Assembly (NCBI GenBank): GCA_050331235.1
Contig: JBHJHA010000041.1
Location: 1-64,000 of the forward strand
DNA from: Leptolyngbyaceae cyanobacterium
GTDB taxonomy: Bacteria; Cyanobacteriota; Cyanobacteriia; Phormidesmidales; Phormidesmidaceae
Length of the DNA: 64,000 nt
Reading direction: 5' to 3'
Shown here: positions 61,454 through 64,000 of the stretch, piece after piece
Layout of the letters: the number at the start of each line of letters is the position of its first letter
Position numbering within the stretch: the stretch's first letter is position 1
Notes under the pieces: model-generated
What the model was told of the DNA's origin: nothing
Database searches by the model: none
What the model saw: the letters and a program-made list of their open reading frames with translations, nothing else
Translations under genes and position numbers: made by a program

Positions 61454-64000
61454 TCAGAGATCGCGGTTGTGCGTCTCCTCTATAGATGGACGTGGCGGTG
61501 GCGGAAAATGCTGAAGCACGAAGGTAATCGCCTCGGCGTGATTGCCCACTCCACCATCTAAGGTCGCCGCCAGCACCGCCGCCAAGATCTTGCGGTAGGC
61601 GGGCCCCGGTCGATATCCCAGCCGCTTCAGGTCATTCCCATTGAGGGGGGCCGTCACCTGGGACCAATCAGTCAGATAGCGCCAAATGTGGCTACCGGCC
61701 TGTTGCCCGTGACGCAGGCTCATGAGCAGTAATGTTATCAAGTCATAACTAGCAAAAAGATTGACATACTGGCTGGGGCGATCGCACATAGGCAACTGAG
61801 CCAAGAGGTGCTGCTCAGCTGTCGCGAATGTGTTGATCCGCTGCACGTTATCGTGAGGAAGCTGCAAGTTGGTTGCGACCTGCCCGCGATCAGTCTCGGG
61901 AATGGCCACCAACAGCAGTTCTAGGCGCACCTGCCAAGGGGTGAGTTGGGACAATGACCCGACTTGGCTGAGCCAACGGCTCAGCCGTCGTAACTGTTGC
62001 CAGAGCGCGGCGCTCACCGTTAGTTCCGGGTGTAGGCAAGTAAGAGCCCCCAAATTGGCGAGCTGGGCCAGGGCCGGTTCCCAATAGTCGGCTTCTAGAA
62101 TGTACTGAAGCTCTGTTTTTAGACGGGCCTGAAGCGCTGGGAGCTTGGCAATTTCGGCCTGTAGACGCCGAAAAACGCCACTTTCGATCGCGTACCGAAT
62201 GAACGACTCAGTTTGAGGTTCTAGCGAAAATCCGAGCCGTACGGCAAAACGCACCGCCCGATAAATCCGAGTGGGATCCTCAATAAAGCTATTGGCGTGT
62301 AACACCCGGATGTAGCGTTCACGTAAATCTAACAGGCCGCCAAAAAAGTCTAAGAGTTGCCCCGGTTGCGGAGGCGTGAGACGGATCGCTAACGCATTGA
62401 TTGTGAAGTCTCGCCGGTAGAGATCCTGACGGATAGAACTGGCTTCCACCTCTGGATTAGCCGCTGGATAGGGATAAAACTCAGTGCGGGCCGTGGCAAT
62501 ATCGACCATGAGAGAGCCTGAGGCCGTCGGCGACTCATGCCACACCAACGCTGCTGTTTGAAAGCGTCCATAGACCTGCAATTCCGCCTGGGGATGATCG
62601 GCCTTGATCGCTTCTGCTAAGACCACCCCTGCCCCCATTTCTAGAGTTTGATAGGCACTGTCAACAACTAAGTCGACGTCTGGCAAGTTTAAAGGGGTAT
62701 CGCGGTCTGTCAGGAAAAGGTCTCGAACGCCGCCACCCACTAGGTAGAGCTGCCAGCCGCGATCGCAGGCTACCGCAGACATTGCTTGCAGCATTTGCCA
62801 CAAAATAGCTGGCAGCCGTCGCTGTAAGGTCTGCCACAAATCGGCAGCCGTCGGCGTCGGTAACGACTTCTCAGCTGTCAGACGCAATGCGGCTGCGCCC
62901 CGCTGCGACTGGTGAATCTGCCGGAGCACGTCCGTGCGTGTCACCACACCGACTAACTGACTATCTGACAGCACCGGTAGCCGCCCAATGTCGTAAGTCA
63001 CCATCAACGCTTCAATCTCTGGCAGAGACGTTTGGGGCGTGATGGTTTTCACCTGAGTTGACATGTATCCTTTCACGGGCGCATGGCCAAACCCGTGATG
63101 TAGGGCCAAATCAATATCACGCCGAGAAATTACCCCCACTAGTTGGCCCTGTTGATCCACTACGGAGAGACCAGAATGCCCATAACGCAGAAGAATACGC
63201 TGCGCTTCAGCAATGCGCGTTGCGGGCAAAATTGTTCGAACGGGCGAAGACATGACATCACGCGCTGTCGGCACAGGGGGAATCTGCTGACGAAGGGCAG
63301 CTAGCACTCGAGCAAAGTCAGCTTGGGGATTGGCAGTCACGCAGGTAGCGGCAGCGGCAGTGGCATGGCCGCCACCGCCCAGGGGAGCAAACAGTCGTCC
63401 CAGATGCAGCCCTCCCGCGTCCTGAGCGATCGCGGCGACCCGTCCCCGAGCTCGGCCAATCAACACAAGCTTGTATGTCCCCGCTTTGGTAGGAAACCAG
63501 GCCCCAAACAGCAGGCTATCTAGATCGAGAAAGGTGATCAGCCGTTCCGCCAAACCGGAAAGGCCGGACACATGCTTCGCTGTTTCTAGCAATACCCAGC
63601 CCAAAGTATGTCCCAGATAGGTTTCTCTCTGTATTTGAGCGATCGCCTGCTCTGACAGGGTTTGTAGCGTCGGCGATAGATTGGGTTCCACAAACTCAGC
63701 AATGACGCTTTGACTAGCGCCTTGGCCAAGCAGCCACGCCAAGGCACGGGCATCTCGGGCAGTGGCGGACAGGAACGTTAACGAGCCCGTGTCAACGTGT
63801 ATACCCAGGGCCATGACTGTAGCCTGAGCCACCGTCAGAGTCACATTCTGTGCTTGCAAAGCTTCGACCACTAAGGTTGTAGCCGCACCAACCGCATCGG
63901 CCACCACTTGGGTGGCGGGTAGCCCGTCACACCCAATATCATGGCCCCCATGATGGTCATAGACGATAATGTCTTTATCTTGTTGAGCGATTTCGGTAAC
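61454..64000 (-). CDS. DHH-CBS-tRNA nucleotidyltransferase (probable A-adding enzyme); 5' end lies beyond the window
   Basis: Frame is open to base 64000 with YDHH; also DTGSL, GGGGH, two CBS domains, LVGGGVRD, DVDL, RRDFTINA and FIEDPTR. Confidence 0.92.
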   Translation of the reverse strand, partial: VTEIAQQDKDIIVYDHHGGHDIGCDGLPATQVVADAVGAATTLVVEALQAQNVTLTVAQATVMALGIHVDTGSLTFLSATARDARALAWLLGQGASQSVIAEFVEPNLSPTLQTLSEQAIAQIQRETYLGHTLGWVLLETAKHVSGLSGLAERLITFLDLDSLLFGAWFPTKAGTYKLVLIGRARGRVAAIAQDAGGLHLGRLFAPLGGGGHATAAAATCVTANPQADFARVLAALRQQIPPVPTARDVMSSPVRTILPATRIAEAQRILLRYGHSGLSVVDQQGQLVGVISRRDIDLALHHGFGHAPVKGYMSTQVKTITPQTSLPEIEALMVTYDIGRLPVLSDSQLVGVVTRTDVLRQIHQSQRGAAALRLTAEKSLPTPTAADLWQTLQRRLPAILWQMLQAMSAVACDRGWQLYLVGGGVRDLFLTDRDTPLNLPDVDLVVDSAYQTLEMGAGVVLAEAIKADHPQAELQVYGRFQTAALVWHESPTASGSLMVDIATARTEFYPYPAANPEVEASSIRQDLYRRDFTINALAIRLTPPQPGQLLDFFGGLLDLRERYIRVLHANSFIEDPTRIYRAVRFAVRLGFSLEPQTESFIRYAIESGVFRRLQAEIAKLPALQARLKTELQYILEADYWEPALAQLANLGALTCLHPELTVSAALWQQLRRLSRWLSQVGSLSQLTPWQVRLELLLVAIPETDRGQVATNLQLPHDNVQRINTFATAEQHLLAQLPMCDRPSQYVNLFASYDLITLLLMSLRHGQQAGSHIWRYLTDWSQVTAPLNGNDLKRLGYRPGPAYRKILAAVLAATLDGGVGNHAEAITFVLQHFPPPPRPSIEETHNRDL

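Larger units (their letters stand above)
229..63646. repeat. Dispersed HIP1 octamer GCGATCGC
   Basis: Occurs very frequently in genes and spacers throughout the window, for example at 229, 680 and 1711; not counted exactly. Confidence 0.95.

Noticed and set aside
1..64000. CRISPR arrays, tRNA/rRNA genes, prophage or defence islands
   Set aside because: No regularly spaced repeats, tRNA cloverleaf motifs, or phage or defence genes were recognised by eye.

Overview
Cyanobacterial chromosomal window. The assignment rests on the frequent HIP1 octamer GCGATCGC and on psbQ, the PSII S4-domain gene, a Ycf37-like TPR gene and the sufR/ftrC/sufBCDS locus; a filamentous Leptolyngbya/Halomicronema-like source is an inference. 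Most of it is core housekeeping: lipB, hpf, grxC, rlpA, rpmI-rplT, eda, ruvA, coaD with a Cdv3/DivIVA-like gene, suf, trhO, tag, aroE, a PP2C phosphatase/AarF kinase cluster and a DHH-CBS tRNA nucleotidyltransferase cut by the right edge. The most notable accessory items are: a xanthorhodopsin/Gloeobacter-rhodopsin-like DTE proton pump that keeps the carotenoid-antenna glycine, sitting between PSII genes and the suf operon; an IS1-family right end just upstream of a probable guanidine-type ABC permease/ATPase pair; a glucose dehydrogenase-gluconolactonase pair; a frameshifted AraC regulator separated from azlCD by an HxlR module; three SufR boxes; a heme c/HAMP protein with no output domain; a pseudokinase; and two other decayed genes. 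I saw no CRISPR array, tRNA, rRNA or prophage. I found no unambiguous undescribed multi-gene system, so the candidates below are hypotheses. All family calls come from motif recognition, not database searches.
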